This document shows, piece after piece, positions 34,734-44,367 of a DNA stretch of 64,000 nucleotides. Position 1 is the first letter of the stretch, and each line of letters starts with the position of its first letter. The stretch lies in IMG/VR virus record IMGVR_UViG_2974793440_000001, positions 12,822-76,821 of that record; one strand, written 5' to 3'. Source of the stretch: a virus. Taxonomy: Duplodnaviria > Heunggongvirae > Uroviricota > Caudoviricetes > Thumleimavirales > Hafunaviridae. The notes under the pieces were generated by a model. It was given only the letters and a program-made list of their open reading frames with translations. It made no database searches and was not told the DNA's origin. The position numbers were made by a program, and so were the translations under genes.

Positions 34734-35740
34734 TAGTAGGGATACCAGTTCTTCGCCCGCTTGTGCTTCGTAATCTCATCTTTGGGTTTCACGGAGCCGT
34801 CAGGCTCAGCGAACCCGTGGTAGCCTTCGCCGCCTTTCTTCCCCCACGTCGAAGCGCACTCGTCGTAGAAGAAGCACTTACCGTGGCCGTAGTGACACAG
34901 CGGGCCGGTTTCGAGGTCGTAGTTCTCCTCGGTCGGCTTCATCTGCATCCCGAGGACAGCCTTGCGGATGATGTGTCGGCGGTCTTCGTCCGGGTATGGA
35001 CTGACGACCAACTCATCCTCTTGCGGGTAGTACCCGGCGACTCCGGCGATTTCGTAGTCGAGGTCGTTCTCGAACAGCCATCCGTAGAACTCACCTTCGA
35101 GGTAGATTCCCTTGTGGCGGTACTTCGGGTCTTGAACCTTCCCGGTCTTGTAGTCGAGAATCACCACGCCCTCGTTGGCCTCGATGCCGGGGACGGTCGC
35201 GGCGTGGAGTAGGGCGTCGGCGTATCCCATCCACGGGAGGTTCCCGATAGGAACGTCGTCGCCTTCGAGTCGGCCTTCGACTTCGACCCCGATGGGGAGC
35301 CAAGCATCGAGGGCGTACTCCATCACGGTCTTGCCGTCGCGGGGGTCGTCCAGAGCGCGGAACTTCGCGGCGGCGTAGTCACAGGCCAGCTCCCACCGCT
35401 TGTCCTCGAACTTCCAGAAGTTCTCGATGTGTGGGTGAAGCCATTGTGCGTAGTCCTCCCACGGCCCCATCACATAGGCATACCACTCAGGGCGCTCTCC
35501 GTGTTCCTCAACGTACTCGATGAGGTTGAGATGGAAGTCCTCGTAGGCTCGGTGAATCTGACTGCCCTTCTCCGTGTGGTAGGAACCGGGCGTCCGGTTG
35601 TCCATCCAGTAGGAGTAGAGGAACTTCCGGGGGCATTGGAGGTACGTCTTGATTCGGCTCTTGGAGATGTGTTCGAGGCCGTTCTCGGCGTGGTCGTCGG
35701 GAACGGTGAGGTCGATTCCCGACGATTCAGCCTTACTCAT
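34733..35740 (-). CDS. PD-(D/E)XK nuclease, Cas4/RecB-like, with C-terminal Cys cluster
   Basis: 335 aa; 'VVILDYKTGK', 'QIHRAYEDF', C-terminal 'CHYGHGKCFFYDEC' (Fe-S-type Cys). Confidence 0.7.
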   Translation of the reverse strand: MSKAESSGIDLTVPDDHAENGLEHISKSRIKTYLQCPRKFLYSYWMDNRTPGSYHTEKGSQIHRAYEDFHLNLIEYVEEHGERPEWYAYVMGPWEDYAQWLHPHIENFWKFEDKRWELACDYAAAKFRALDDPRDGKTVMEYALDAWLPIGVEVEGRLEGDDVPIGNLPWMGYADALLHAATVPGIEANEGVVILDYKTGKVQDPKYRHKGIYLEGEFYGWLFENDLDYEIAGVAGYYPQEDELVVSPYPDEDRRHIIRKAVLGMQMKPTEENYDLETGPLCHYGHGKCFFYDECASTWGKKGGEGYHGFAEPDGSVKPKDEITKHKRAKNWYPY

Positions 35741-35933
35741 CGACCTCTACGACGACGCAGTATGCGGGGAACTTTCGACCGTAGCCGGGACGGTCAATCA
35801 TCTTCCCCTTCACGTTCGAGTAGGGAATATCGTGTTCCTCCGCGAATTGGCTCTTGGCGGTCGAAACAGAATGTTGTCGTCCTTCGAGTCGGTACACCTC
35901 GCTCCGAACGTCTGGTTTGCGTAGCTCACTCAT
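35733..35933 (-). CDS. small hypothetical protein
   Basis: 66 aa. Confidence 0.3.
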   Translation of the reverse strand: MSELRKPDVRSEVYRLEGRQHSVSTAKSQFAEEHDIPYSNVKGKMIDRPGYGRKFPAYCVVVEVDE

Positions 35934-36241
35934 TTTCTTCTTCCAGAACCTCTACGTGTTCCGTTATGTCCATCGCGTGAAGCTCGCCGTCACGCTTCTT
36001 GAACTCGATTACCGCCCTATCCTGCGAAGCCGCCCGCTGAAGAATATCCATCAGAATATCCTTCGTTTCCTGAGGGAGTCCGACGCTCACGAGAACAACG
36101 CCTCCGCTTGATTCTTCATCTCACGGGGTTCCGGGTCGAACACGCCCTCCCACTTCTTGTTTCGCTCCTTTGCTATCTTGATTGACCGCTCTATTTCGAG
36201 TGCGAGAGCGTCAATCTCGTCGTGTAGGTCTTCGTCTTCGT

Positions 36242-36586
36242 TCATCGTAGATTGCTGGCGAGATTGACGTAGCCAAGACGGTCGCGGTAGTCATCCTCGT
36301 TGTAGTCACCTCCCTGCGCTCGGGCCAGTTTGAACAACGCCATCATTTCAGCCACGTCAGCAGGCCGGATGTTTGGGTCTGGACACCCCGTACTGAGGAA
36401 GTAAGCGTTCCAGTAGTGGGCGATTCGTTGAAAGGAGTCTTCGGGAGCGCCGTGTGTTTCCGAACGCCCCTCGATGATTTCCTTCGCTTCATCGAGAAGT
36501 CTCCCGTTATTCACTTCGTCCATGTCGTACTCGGTCGTATTTGATTTCGTCCACGTCCATCCGGGCGTGGTCGGTCGCTTCTCCAC
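36242..36586 (-). CDS. hypothetical protein
   Basis: 114 aa. Confidence 0.3.
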   Translation of the reverse strand: MEKRPTTPGWTWTKSNTTEYDMDEVNNGRLLDEAKEIIEGRSETHGAPEDSFQRIAHYWNAYFLSTGCPDPNIRPADVAEMMALFKLARAQGGDYNEDDYRDRLGYVNLASNLR

Positions 36587-36893
36587 AAACCGGACACATC
36601 ATCTCGGTTTGCTCACCCCTGTCGCGCTGGCTGATTACGTCTGTCTCGAACTCCCCGCACTCCGAACAGCGGTAACGGTAGGCATCGTCAAGGCCGCGAA
36701 CTTGCGACCGGACGATTCGACCGCCCTGAATCTGCTTGAGTCCGTTCTCGTAGTAGAACTTCACCGTCCCATCAGGGAGGTTCATCACATCGAGGACGTT
36801 CTCGTACTCGCGGAAGTTCGTGAGATTACCGTCGTCGTCAACCTGAGCGAGATGGATGTTGTGACTGATTCCGTCTGTTCCAAAACTCATCAT
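36507..36893 (-). CDS. zinc-ribbon protein
   Basis: 128 aa; 'CSECGEF...CPVCGE'. Confidence 0.35.
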   Translation of the reverse strand: MMSFGTDGISHNIHLAQVDDDGNLTNFREYENVLDVMNLPDGTVKFYYENGLKQIQGGRIVRSQVRGLDDAYRYRCSECGEFETDVISQRDRGEQTEMMCPVCGEATDHARMDVDEIKYDRVRHGRSE

Positions 36894-36908
36894 TGGTGGT
36901 AGGGCCGG

Positions 36909-37286
36909 TTACTCGTCGTCCGGTGCGAAGTACCCGGAGTGCTTGCCGTCGCGCTCTCCGAGAAGTTCGAGGTCGCCGCGCTGAAGTCTGAGGTAGACGC
37001 CGAAAGCAGACTCCTTCATCCCTTCCAGAATCTCCACGAGCTGTTCGTCGTCGTTGCCCTTCGCCATCAGAATCCGCTCATCGAGGGCGTTACTCAGCTT
37101 GAGCGCCCCCGACTTGTAGGCGTCCAGCTCTTGATGAGCCGTCTTAATGTCACCTATCAGGTCGGAGAGGCGTTCGTCCTCGCCCCCGATTTCCACGGTC
37201 GTCTCGTTCATCAGACGTTTCAACTCCTCTGTCTTCTCGGTAGGGTCAGCTACTTCCATTTTAGATTCCACCAGATTCGGCGTCAA
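36909..37286 (-). CDS. hypothetical coiled-coil protein
   Basis: 125 aa. Confidence 0.3.
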   Translation of the reverse strand: MTPNLVESKMEVADPTEKTEELKRLMNETTVEIGGEDERLSDLIGDIKTAHQELDAYKSGALKLSNALDERILMAKGNDDEQLVEILEGMKESAFGVYLRLQRGDLELLGERDGKHSGYFAPDDE

Positions 37287-37686
37287 CGCGCCCCGCCGCT
37301 TTGGGGTCGTTCACGATTTCGTAGGTCGGTCGTCCTTCGTCGCAGATGAGGCCACACTCGGGACACACCGGCTCTCCGGTGTGAATCTTCCGAGCCGCTT
37401 CCTCACAGTCCGGGCAAGTGAGGGTTTCCTCCGTGACCTTCTTCTTGAGAACGCGGCCTCTCGGGGCGTCGTGAGCGACGGGAATGAACTCGTCGTAGTA
37501 GCCCTCCATCAGCTCGCCGTCAATCATCCGTCCGGGGTGGTAACGGCGAAGATGGGTGGGCATCCAGTCGTACTCGGTTTCGAGTGCGAACTTGTGAAGC
37601 GCCCAGTAATCATGGATTCCGGGGCCGCTTTCGATAGTAGTGGTGTCGGCTCTTGGCTTTCCGAAGAACTCGTCTTTGGCTTCCAT
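37261..37686 (-). CDS. zinc-ribbon protein
   Basis: 141 aa; 'CPDCEEA...CPECGLIC'. Confidence 0.35.
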   Translation of the reverse strand: MEAKDEFFGKPRADTTTIESGPGIHDYWALHKFALETEYDWMPTHLRRYHPGRMIDGELMEGYYDEFIPVAHDAPRGRVLKKKVTEETLTCPDCEEAARKIHTGEPVCPECGLICDEGRPTYEIVNDPKAAGRVDAESGGI

Positions 37687-37773
37687 TTAGTGTCCTGCTT
37701 GTTGCGTACTGCTAAGACTCGTAGAACGGTGCTTAACTCTTTGTAAAAGACTTGGCGCTATGTCTTCGAGTCT

Positions 37774-39054
37774 TTACGGCTGGTACTGCACGTCGTAGAG
37801 CCACGTAAGCGGGAGGCTGTCCGAGACGCCGTGGATGGTCGCTCCCGGCATAGACCACTCGGAGATGGATTCCTCGAAGTCACCCGGCGGCTTGATGGAA
37901 CCGGAGCGAATCACGGGGACGTTCATTACGCGGTCAACACCCTGCGTGTGGTAGTGCCCGGCGTAGGCAATCTCGAAGTTGTGCTGAAGGAGCCATCCGC
38001 GCCAGTCGCGCTTCGCGGCGGCAGTACCGATGTGTTCCGCCGCGTTCTGACCGTGGCGGATATGCGCCTTGTGGCCCCGAATCTCGAAGTTCGTGAAGCC
38101 CGTCCGGTCGTTTCGGATGAAGGTGATGTTGTCGTACTCAGACGCCCGAACAACCGCATCGAGCATCCGGTACACAATGTCGTCGCCGTTAGCCTGCTGG
38201 CTCGAACCGCTAATGCGAATCTCGCCGTGGTTGCCGGTCTGACACACCACCTGAACGGCGTCGAAGTTCTCCGCGAGAATCCGAATCTGCTCGAAGTGAA
38301 CCTGAGCCGCGAGGTCTACCTGCTCGTTGAAGTTCAGTTCGACCTCCCACGCCTGCCCTCGGTAGATACCGGAGCCGGTGATAATGTCGCCGCCCATCAC
38401 GTAGTGAACCGTGTGGAAGTCCCACCCGGCCTTCCGCTGGCGCTCAATCAGTTCGAGCGTCTTCTGCGTCCGGTAGCGGATACGTTCGAGAGCGATTTCG
38501 GTGTTGAAGACCTCGTTCCCGAACTCGTCTTCGAGAACGTCGCCAATGTGGTCGTCCGTGACGTGAATCACCACGTCTTCCTCACCACCCTCGGAGAGCG
38601 GGACGGCGCTAATAGCGGGTTCCGTGTTGTTCAGCACTTTATCGAGACGCCGCGAGAGCGACCCGGCGGCCTTGTTCAGCCGCTTCGTCTTGGTCGCCTT
38701 CGTGGTCGAACCGTACTCGCGGGTCTTGTTCTGGTTCGTGGGGTGTTCCTTCTCCACGTCCCGCATATACGCTTCGACCTTTCCCCCGTCGATGCGTCTT
38801 TTCGCAAGGGGAGCGCCCTTGCGCTCGATGCTACTGATGTGGTCACGGGCGGTGGACTCGGAGAAGCCGAACTCCTCGGAGAGCTGAGCGTAGCCAGCAG
38901 GCAGGTAGTCGATGATTTCCAGTTCGGTGGGAGTGAGATTCTGTTCGTAGTTCATTGAGTTACGTATTCTTCGTCGTAGATTCGGCAGGATTCGTCCGAG
39001 CGGTCGTTCATTCCGACACAGAACTCGCCGCCAGCGTCCCACACGTTCTGACAA
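37774..39054 (-). CDS. HTH-domain protein fused to a calcineurin-like metallophosphoesterase (Mre11/SbcD-like)
   Basis: 426 aa; N-terminal HTH repeats; 'VIHVTDDHIGD', 'CQTGNHGE' phosphoesterase motifs. Confidence 0.6.
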   Translation of the reverse strand: MSERVGRWRRVLCRNERPLGRILPNLRRRIRNSMNYEQNLTPTELEIIDYLPAGYAQLSEEFGFSESTARDHISSIERKGAPLAKRRIDGGKVEAYMRDVEKEHPTNQNKTREYGSTTKATKTKRLNKAAGSLSRRLDKVLNNTEPAISAVPLSEGGEEDVVIHVTDDHIGDVLEDEFGNEVFNTEIALERIRYRTQKTLELIERQRKAGWDFHTVHYVMGGDIITGSGIYRGQAWEVELNFNEQVDLAAQVHFEQIRILAENFDAVQVVCQTGNHGEIRISGSSQQANGDDIVYRMLDAVVRASEYDNITFIRNDRTGFTNFEIRGHKAHIRHGQNAAEHIGTAAAKRDWRGWLLQHNFEIAYAGHYHTQGVDRVMNVPVIRSGSIKPPGDFEESISEWSMPGATIHGVSDSLPLTWLYDVQYQP

Positions 39055-40190
39055 ACGAACGGGCCGTCGTAGCGAGAGATGAGGTCTTCAACCAGCGAGC
39101 GAGTCGTGGACTCGTTATACCCCTCGATGGGGCGAAAGAAGTTCACGATAACCTCGATGGGAACCTTCTTCTGAATCAGCTCCTTCATCACGTTAATCTC
39201 CATCACGCGGCTCTCAGAACCGTAGGAGTAGGAGTCATCGCGCTTGATGAACTCCATGATGCAGGGCTTGTTTGCGACGAGAAGCGGAATGTCGCTGACC
39301 TTGATTCGGTCGTTCGATTCTTCCCGGTATTTCTTCACGGCCTTCGGGTCTTTCACCGAGCCACGGCGTTCGCTGTACGTACCTTCGCCACCGCTGGCGT
39401 TCCGTACTTCGAGCGCCACTTCCCGGCGTCCCGCCTCTGAGGGCGACCGTTCCTTTTGGGGAACGGGCCGGGGGCCGCTGGTAAGTTCCAGATAGTCGTC
39501 CGGTGTGAGGTCTACCAGTTCCTCAATGCTCACCGGGACACACCAACTCGTTTCATCTCGATGCTCCGCACCGGGATGGGGCGTGTTCGGATGTCGGACG
39601 AGACGAGCGAGGTCGGAGCTGTCAACGTCAACCCACGGGTCGATGTTGATGCCACCTGCTATCTCATCCAGTTGCTCTATCATCTGGTTGCCGTACTTCT
39701 CAAGTCCACGCTTGAACTGAGTGTACGACCCGTTGGCTACGTCCACCGGCTCGAAGTCGAAGAATAGGTGGATTCCTTTGTGACCGGAGAGGGACGCTCG
39801 CCAATGCTGTTCTTTGCCGCCTTCGAGGATTGCCTCCGCGACCAACTGAACGCGAATCAGGAGGTCGCTCATCGAGCGTTTCCACGCATCGAGGGTTCGG
39901 TTCCGTTCGCGGTACTCGGAGTCAGCGGGAACGTCGAAGTCGATGAAGATAGTGTCTATCTTCGGGATGTTGTCCCCGTCGTCCGTGTGACCCCGAGGGA
40001 AGGAATAGGTGGATACGAACCCGTCCTTTCCTGCGCGACCGGCCTCAAGAAGACTGCTTACCAACTCTACTCGATTGTTCGCCGGTTCCTGTATCCTAAA
40101 CCGGGTGCTTACCCTCCGTGGAGCGTCCGGCCCCACGTCGGGACACCAGACCTTCGATGCTTCCCATAGAAGCTTCTCGTGATTTCCCAT
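38952..40190 (-). CDS. archaeo-eukaryotic primase (PriS-like / primase-polymerase) with C-terminal Cys-rich domain
   Basis: 412 aa; motif I 'IFIDFDV', motif II 'SGHKGIHLFF', motif III region 'VDVDS'; C-terminal 'PCIMEF...FVCQNVWDAGGEFCVGMNDRSDESC'. Confidence 0.7.
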   Translation of the reverse strand: MGNHEKLLWEASKVWCPDVGPDAPRRVSTRFRIQEPANNRVELVSSLLEAGRAGKDGFVSTYSFPRGHTDDGDNIPKIDTIFIDFDVPADSEYRERNRTLDAWKRSMSDLLIRVQLVAEAILEGGKEQHWRASLSGHKGIHLFFDFEPVDVANGSYTQFKRGLEKYGNQMIEQLDEIAGGINIDPWVDVDSSDLARLVRHPNTPHPGAEHRDETSWCVPVSIEELVDLTPDDYLELTSGPRPVPQKERSPSEAGRREVALEVRNASGGEGTYSERRGSVKDPKAVKKYREESNDRIKVSDIPLLVANKPCIMEFIKRDDSYSYGSESRVMEINVMKELIQKKVPIEVIVNFFRPIEGYNESTTRSLVEDLISRYDGPFVCQNVWDAGGEFCVGMNDRSDESCRIYDEEYVTQ

Positions 40191-40315
40191 TTGTGTGAGT
40201 GGTCATTCGGTACACCTCTCGGTGAAGCTCGTACATCCCGCGCTCTGACACTCGGGACAGTATTCAGCAACACCACCCGTCGATGCGTCACAACACCGGC
40301 AGTTCCAGCGCCCGT

Positions 40316-41800
40316 TCATCCGAGCGTGCCGCCAGCGAAGGCTTGCTCCGCGTCGGACTCGTCCTCAACATCGTCGGCTTCGTTGTCACCGCCGCCGTAG
40401 AGGTCTTGGGAGAACACGTCTTCCTCCTTCTCGGTCGCTTCTTCGACCTTATCTTCGAGGATGTTCTGCTTCGTGATGTTCAGCTTCTCCCCGGTGAACG
40501 GGTGGGTGACGAACAGGCCGTCTCCCTCACAGAACCGCTCAATGTATTCCTCCGCAATGTCGTCGGGGAGTGCCTGCCGAGCGGTCTTCTTCGTGTCTTC
40601 GACCATCTCCTCCCAGTTGAGGGTCACGTCACGCCGGGCTTGAGCCGCGAACTCGGACGCCTTCCACATCACGGGGTTCTCGTTCTGGTCTTTCCGCACG
40701 TAGCCCTTCGTGAGCATATTGTTCAGCGCGGAGTGAACGTCGCGGTTCGTGATGTTGAAGCCCCGGTCGCGCATCTCCATCTGAATCTCCGCCTTCGAGT
40801 ACCCGCTGTTCGTGTCTCGAAGCATCGACAGCATCTCGAAGTCGATTTCTCGGAGGTTCAACGCGGAGAGAATCATCTGTTCACCGAAGATTCGCATGGC
40901 GTACCACACGTCGGCGGGCGTGATTAGGAGAGTCGCCGTCTCCTTCCGGTCGGGGAGCGCCGGAGTCATTCGGTCTTTGTAGTGGAACAGCGCCACCGAC
41001 CGGCAGAAGTCCAGAAGGCGCGGGAAGTCTTGACGGGCTTCCGTGAAGTGCTGAGGGAGCGGATTCTGGTTGTTCAGCGCGACAGACACCGGGTTCAGCG
41101 TACCGCCGTTCGGCCCTTCGTCGGACGCGAACATCTTAACGGGGATGCCGGAGACGTACCGGCGAATCTCGTCGCGCTCCTCCTCGGTGAAGTTATACTC
41201 GACGAGGCCAGCTTCCTGCCGGGCCTGCCGTTCGTTCACCTTCTTCGTCAGCTCCTCGCTGGCGTCGATGGAGACGACGAGAGCGCGGTTCCGAAGTTCG
41301 GGGTAGTCATTGAGGTCTACCTGCTCGTTGTCCGAAGCCACGAACAGCACGAATGCGTCCGGGGGCTTCAGCTCGAACGACTCAGTTTGACCGCTCGTAC
41401 CGAGAGCGCGGGAGTGGGTAGCCGACTTGCCCTCTCCGTGGCGCTTCATAATTTCCTCCAAGTGCTGTTTGTCTTGGAGGGTCGCAATGTCCGGATAACG
41501 GTGGACACGGGCCGAGTTCATCTGGTCTTCCTTCATGTAGAGGTCGGTATTCGAGGTGGAGTCGGGGACTTTGAACACGAAGTCGCCCATCGTGCAGTAG
41601 TCAGCCGCGTCCACCACCATGTCCTTGCCACCTCGTGAGAGGCCGGTCATAGCGACGAACCCTCCGTTGAACCACGAGAGGAATACGGTCTGAAGGGTGT
41701 CTTCTTCCCCCATCAGGCCGAAGTCCTCTTTCATCAGAGTGAGGTCGTACAGGTTCGGAATGTAGGTGTCTTCCATCTGGTTGAGAACGGGAATGTGCAT
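40316..41800 (-). CDS. Walker-type ATPase with C-terminal winged helix: candidate replication initiator/helicase-loader
   Basis: 494 aa; Walker A-like 'TGLSRGGKD', Walker B-like 'AFVLFVASDNE'; wHTH-like segment around 340-400; acidic tail. Confidence 0.4.
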   Translation of the reverse strand: MHIPVLNQMEDTYIPNLYDLTLMKEDFGLMGEEDTLQTVFLSWFNGGFVAMTGLSRGGKDMVVDAADYCTMGDFVFKVPDSTSNTDLYMKEDQMNSARVHRYPDIATLQDKQHLEEIMKRHGEGKSATHSRALGTSGQTESFELKPPDAFVLFVASDNEQVDLNDYPELRNRALVVSIDASEELTKKVNERQARQEAGLVEYNFTEEERDEIRRYVSGIPVKMFASDEGPNGGTLNPVSVALNNQNPLPQHFTEARQDFPRLLDFCRSVALFHYKDRMTPALPDRKETATLLITPADVWYAMRIFGEQMILSALNLREIDFEMLSMLRDTNSGYSKAEIQMEMRDRGFNITNRDVHSALNNMLTKGYVRKDQNENPVMWKASEFAAQARRDVTLNWEEMVEDTKKTARQALPDDIAEEYIERFCEGDGLFVTHPFTGEKLNITKQNILEDKVEEATEKEEDVFSQDLYGGGDNEADDVEDESDAEQAFAGGTLG

Positions 41801-41869
41801 TGCGAGCGTAATTTCAGGAACCTATTTCATGGCCTAAGCTCGGAACTATTCTACCTCATCGAGCGGGGG

Positions 41870-42121
41870 TTAGTCGTCCGACTTTCGGACGTGCTTCTCC
41901 CACCGCTCCATGATGCTCCTCTCCGTGGCTTCCCAAGCGAGGTCTTCCAGCGCCTCGATTACCTCAGCCGGGTCGTCCACGGGGTCGCCGTTCTCGTCGT
42001 GGGGAATCTCGGCGGTCAGGAACGTGTGGGCTGTCGCTGGCTCGTACTGACCGAGCTGTTTCTTCTTGTCCGTACCGACCTGTACCTCCGTCACGTATTG
42101 CTTGGCGTCGTCCTTATCCAT
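41870..42121 (-). CDS. hypothetical small protein
   Basis: 83 aa; TAAAGACTC motif about 30 nt upstream. Confidence 0.3.
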   Translation of the reverse strand: MDKDDAKQYVTEVQVGTDKKKQLGQYEPATAHTFLTAEIPHDENGDPVDDPAEVIEALEDLAWEATERSIMERWEKHVRKSDD

Positions 42122-42172
42122 CTTCTAAGAGTTAGTGGGTTGTTTTTGAGTCTTTACACCGAGAAGGAACGC

Positions 42173-43117
42173 TTACATCCGGCGCTCAATCTCGGCAATC
42201 ACCGCGTCGAGGTCGTACTCGGCGTCACCGACCTCACCAGCGACAAGCTGTTCGACGTTCTCCGGCGTCGTCTCGCCCGTGTTCGCCATGAAGTCGATAA
42301 TCTGGTCGGCGGCCTGCGGGACACCCTCGGGAAGCTCGTCGTCGGAGCCACCACCGAGGGAACCACCGGAGTCGCCCGAGGACTCGTCGGACTCGTCGCT
42401 GTCGCCGCCGGAGTTGGCGATGGTGATACCGGCCAGCGTCTCGGCGTCGAGAACCTTCGCGTCCGTGTATTCCACGTAGTCGTCCTCGCTCTCCGCGTCG
42501 TCCGGCAGGAAGCCGTCCTTGTAGTAGGAGAGGATGATACGGCGGCCTTCGAGGTCGTCACGGAGTTCGAGAGCGTCCTCGTTCAGCCAGTTGTAGTTGT
42601 CGTCCTTGTCGTCCACAATGTCGTGACCCGCCGGGGTAACGACCTTGGCGAACGTGCGGTTCTTCGTCCCGTTCGAGAGCCACAGCGTGCAGTTGCCGAG
42701 GTTCACCGGGTCGTCGCCCTCCTGAACGGTGTCGGAGAGCTTGTACGTGAAGTCGTTGCTACCGAACTGCTCGTTGTGCCGGGAGGGAACTTCGTCGCCG
42801 CCCACGTCCTCGGAGAGAGCGCCGTTGTCGTCGGTGGCGAACCAAGTGTCCCACCCGAAGACCTTGACCGTATCATCGTCCGGGTCGCCGGGCGACCGCT
42901 CCATCACGATGCCGTCGATAACCTCCACGTCGTCGGCGTCCACGATGAGGGACTGCCCGTAGGAGGAACCCGTGTATTCCCCGAGACGGGAAATCTTGAA
43001 CGAGATGAAGGCGTAGTTGTTCATCTTCAGCGACAGCCGCTCCTCGAAGTCGCCGCCGTTCGCGCCGCTGTTGTTGTTGCTACCGCCGCTGTTGTAGTCG
43101 GTGTCGAAAAGGCTCAT
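42173..43117 (-). CDS. hypothetical very acidic protein
   Basis: 314 aa; Gly/Ser/Asp-rich termini; ACCAGAGAAAC motif upstream. Confidence 0.35.
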   Translation of the reverse strand: MSLFDTDYNSGGSNNNSGANGGDFEERLSLKMNNYAFISFKISRLGEYTGSSYGQSLIVDADDVEVIDGIVMERSPGDPDDDTVKVFGWDTWFATDDNGALSEDVGGDEVPSRHNEQFGSNDFTYKLSDTVQEGDDPVNLGNCTLWLSNGTKNRTFAKVVTPAGHDIVDDKDDNYNWLNEDALELRDDLEGRRIILSYYKDGFLPDDAESEDDYVEYTDAKVLDAETLAGITIANSGGDSDESDESSGDSGGSLGGGSDDELPEGVPQAADQIIDFMANTGETTPENVEQLVAGEVGDAEYDLDAVIAEIERRM

Positions 43118-43199
43118 TTGTTGAACTTAGGTTTCTCTGGTTCTGGTTTTCAGTCGGTTCAGCACGAGCTACGACATTGGATTCTCGCCGTAGCAAAAG

Positions 43200-43272
43200 C
43201 GCCGAGGACAGGACTCGAACCTGTGGCTACCTGATTAACAGTCAGGCGCTCTACCAACTGAGCTACCTCGGC
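43200..43272 (-). tRNA. tRNA-Asn (anticodon GUU)
   Basis: Minus-strand sequence GCCGAGGTAGCTCAGTTGGTAGAGCGCCTGACTGTTAATCAGGTAGCCACAGGTTCGAGTCCTGTCCTCGGCG folds as a cloverleaf; anticodon loop CTGTTAA; no encoded CCA; canonical promoter element at 43300-43338 upstream. Confidence 0.8.
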
Positions 43273-43299
43273 AAGAGAAAGGGAGGATTGGGTGCTTGT

Positions 43300-43338
43300 C
43301 CCTACTCTATTAGATGTGGGACTAAGACTTAAAGATAC
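43300..43338 (-). promoter_or_regulatory. canonical promoter element copy upstream of tRNA-Asn
   Basis: CCCTACTCTATTAGATG...GACTTAAAGATAC. Confidence 0.4.
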
Positions 43339-43435
43339 TTATTTAATTCTTAGAAGTCGTCGGGAGGGATACCCCGCTCGATGATGTTTGTAGCAAGTGG
43401 AGAACCACGACCGGGAGAGGAAATAGTAGAGAACA

Positions 43436-43645
43436 TCACTTGTCGAAGCGGTTGACCCACGTAGAGAGATTCTTGACACTCAGCCCGTCAGCCCGAATGT
43501 CGTCAGCGAGAGAATTGATAGCAGAGAGTAGAGTAGAGTCGTTCCACGAGGCTGGATAGTCGAGAGAGATGATGTCCACCTCGTCGCCGTTTCCGAAGGG
43601 TTCGATAGTCGCTTCGAGGTCGCCGGAGGTCTGAGTGTAGCTCAT
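43436..43645 (-). CDS. hypothetical protein
   Basis: 69 aa; ATGA overlap with an upstream 43-aa ORF (43648..43776). Confidence 0.3.
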   Translation of the reverse strand: MSYTQTSGDLEATIEPFGNGDEVDIISLDYPASWNDSTLLSAINSLADDIRADGLSVKNLSTWVNRFDK

Positions 43646-43768
43646 ACAGGAGTGTTGATTGGATTCACGACGTGGTTCGGCTCCGCCGTAGGAGCGAGCG
43701 GGACTTCCGGGCCGGATGGTTCGTTGAAGGAGACAGCGCCGACACCACCAGCCGGGGGAGAATCGTCG

Positions 43769-44185
43769 TCACTCATTCGAGGTGGCGAGAGCGTCGAAGT
43801 TCGGGACGACCGTGCCGTTCACTCGGTTGCCGGGAACGGACATTCCCGTAAGCTCGAACACGTCGGCCACCTTCTCGATACCGAACGCATCGAGTAGGTC
43901 GAAGAACTCAGCGGAAGCGTCCTCGATTCCGTCCGGCAGGTCGAACTCCAAGTCAGCGGGGTTCGGGCCGTTCTCGGTGTACGTGGGAATGACCACGTAG
44001 AGGTCTTCGGTCAGCTCACCACGGTCGATGAGTCTCGGTTCACCGAGCTGAATCTGCACCTCGAAGCCGGAGTCCGTGCGCTCCGTGATTGCGTTGAAGA
44101 CTGCCTCGGCCCCACCGAGGTCGAGGTAGTCGGAATTTTCGTCGTCGTTACTGCCGAACAGTAGGTTTCGGATAAAGCCAAACAT
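43769..44185 (-). CDS. hypothetical acidic protein
   Basis: 138 aa; ACCAGAGAGAAC directly upstream of the ATG. Confidence 0.35.
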   Translation of the reverse strand: MFGFIRNLLFGSNDDENSDYLDLGGAEAVFNAITERTDSGFEVQIQLGEPRLIDRGELTEDLYVVIPTYTENGPNPADLEFDLPDGIEDASAEFFDLLDAFGIEKVADVFELTGMSVPGNRVNGTVVPNFDALATSNE

Positions 44186-44367
44186 AGTTCTCTCTGGTTT
44201 CCAGCAGATAACCGCCGCTGGCGCGGTTTAGGTAGCGTAGTACCGAATCCCCCTATGACGGAGGGGAAGCGACCGGCGGGAATCGAACCGCGCCTTGACC
44301 CCGCCCACGCCCGTCGAGGGGCATGGTCACGGGGCCGCCATTGGTCGCAAGAAGGAGAACGAGCGTG

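Noticed and set aside
42173-43117. Single-stranded DNA-binding protein assignment for the 314-aa acidic ORF in the replication module
   Set aside because: Only positional and compositional hints. No OB-fold motif is recognisable by eye.
44255-44300. Possible tRNA genes at 44255-44300 and 45430-45470 (GGTTCGATTCC T-loop sequences)
   Set aside because: I could not build a cloverleaf: the T-stem pairs fail and there is no acceptor or anticodon arm. They are reported as tRNA-like fragments only.
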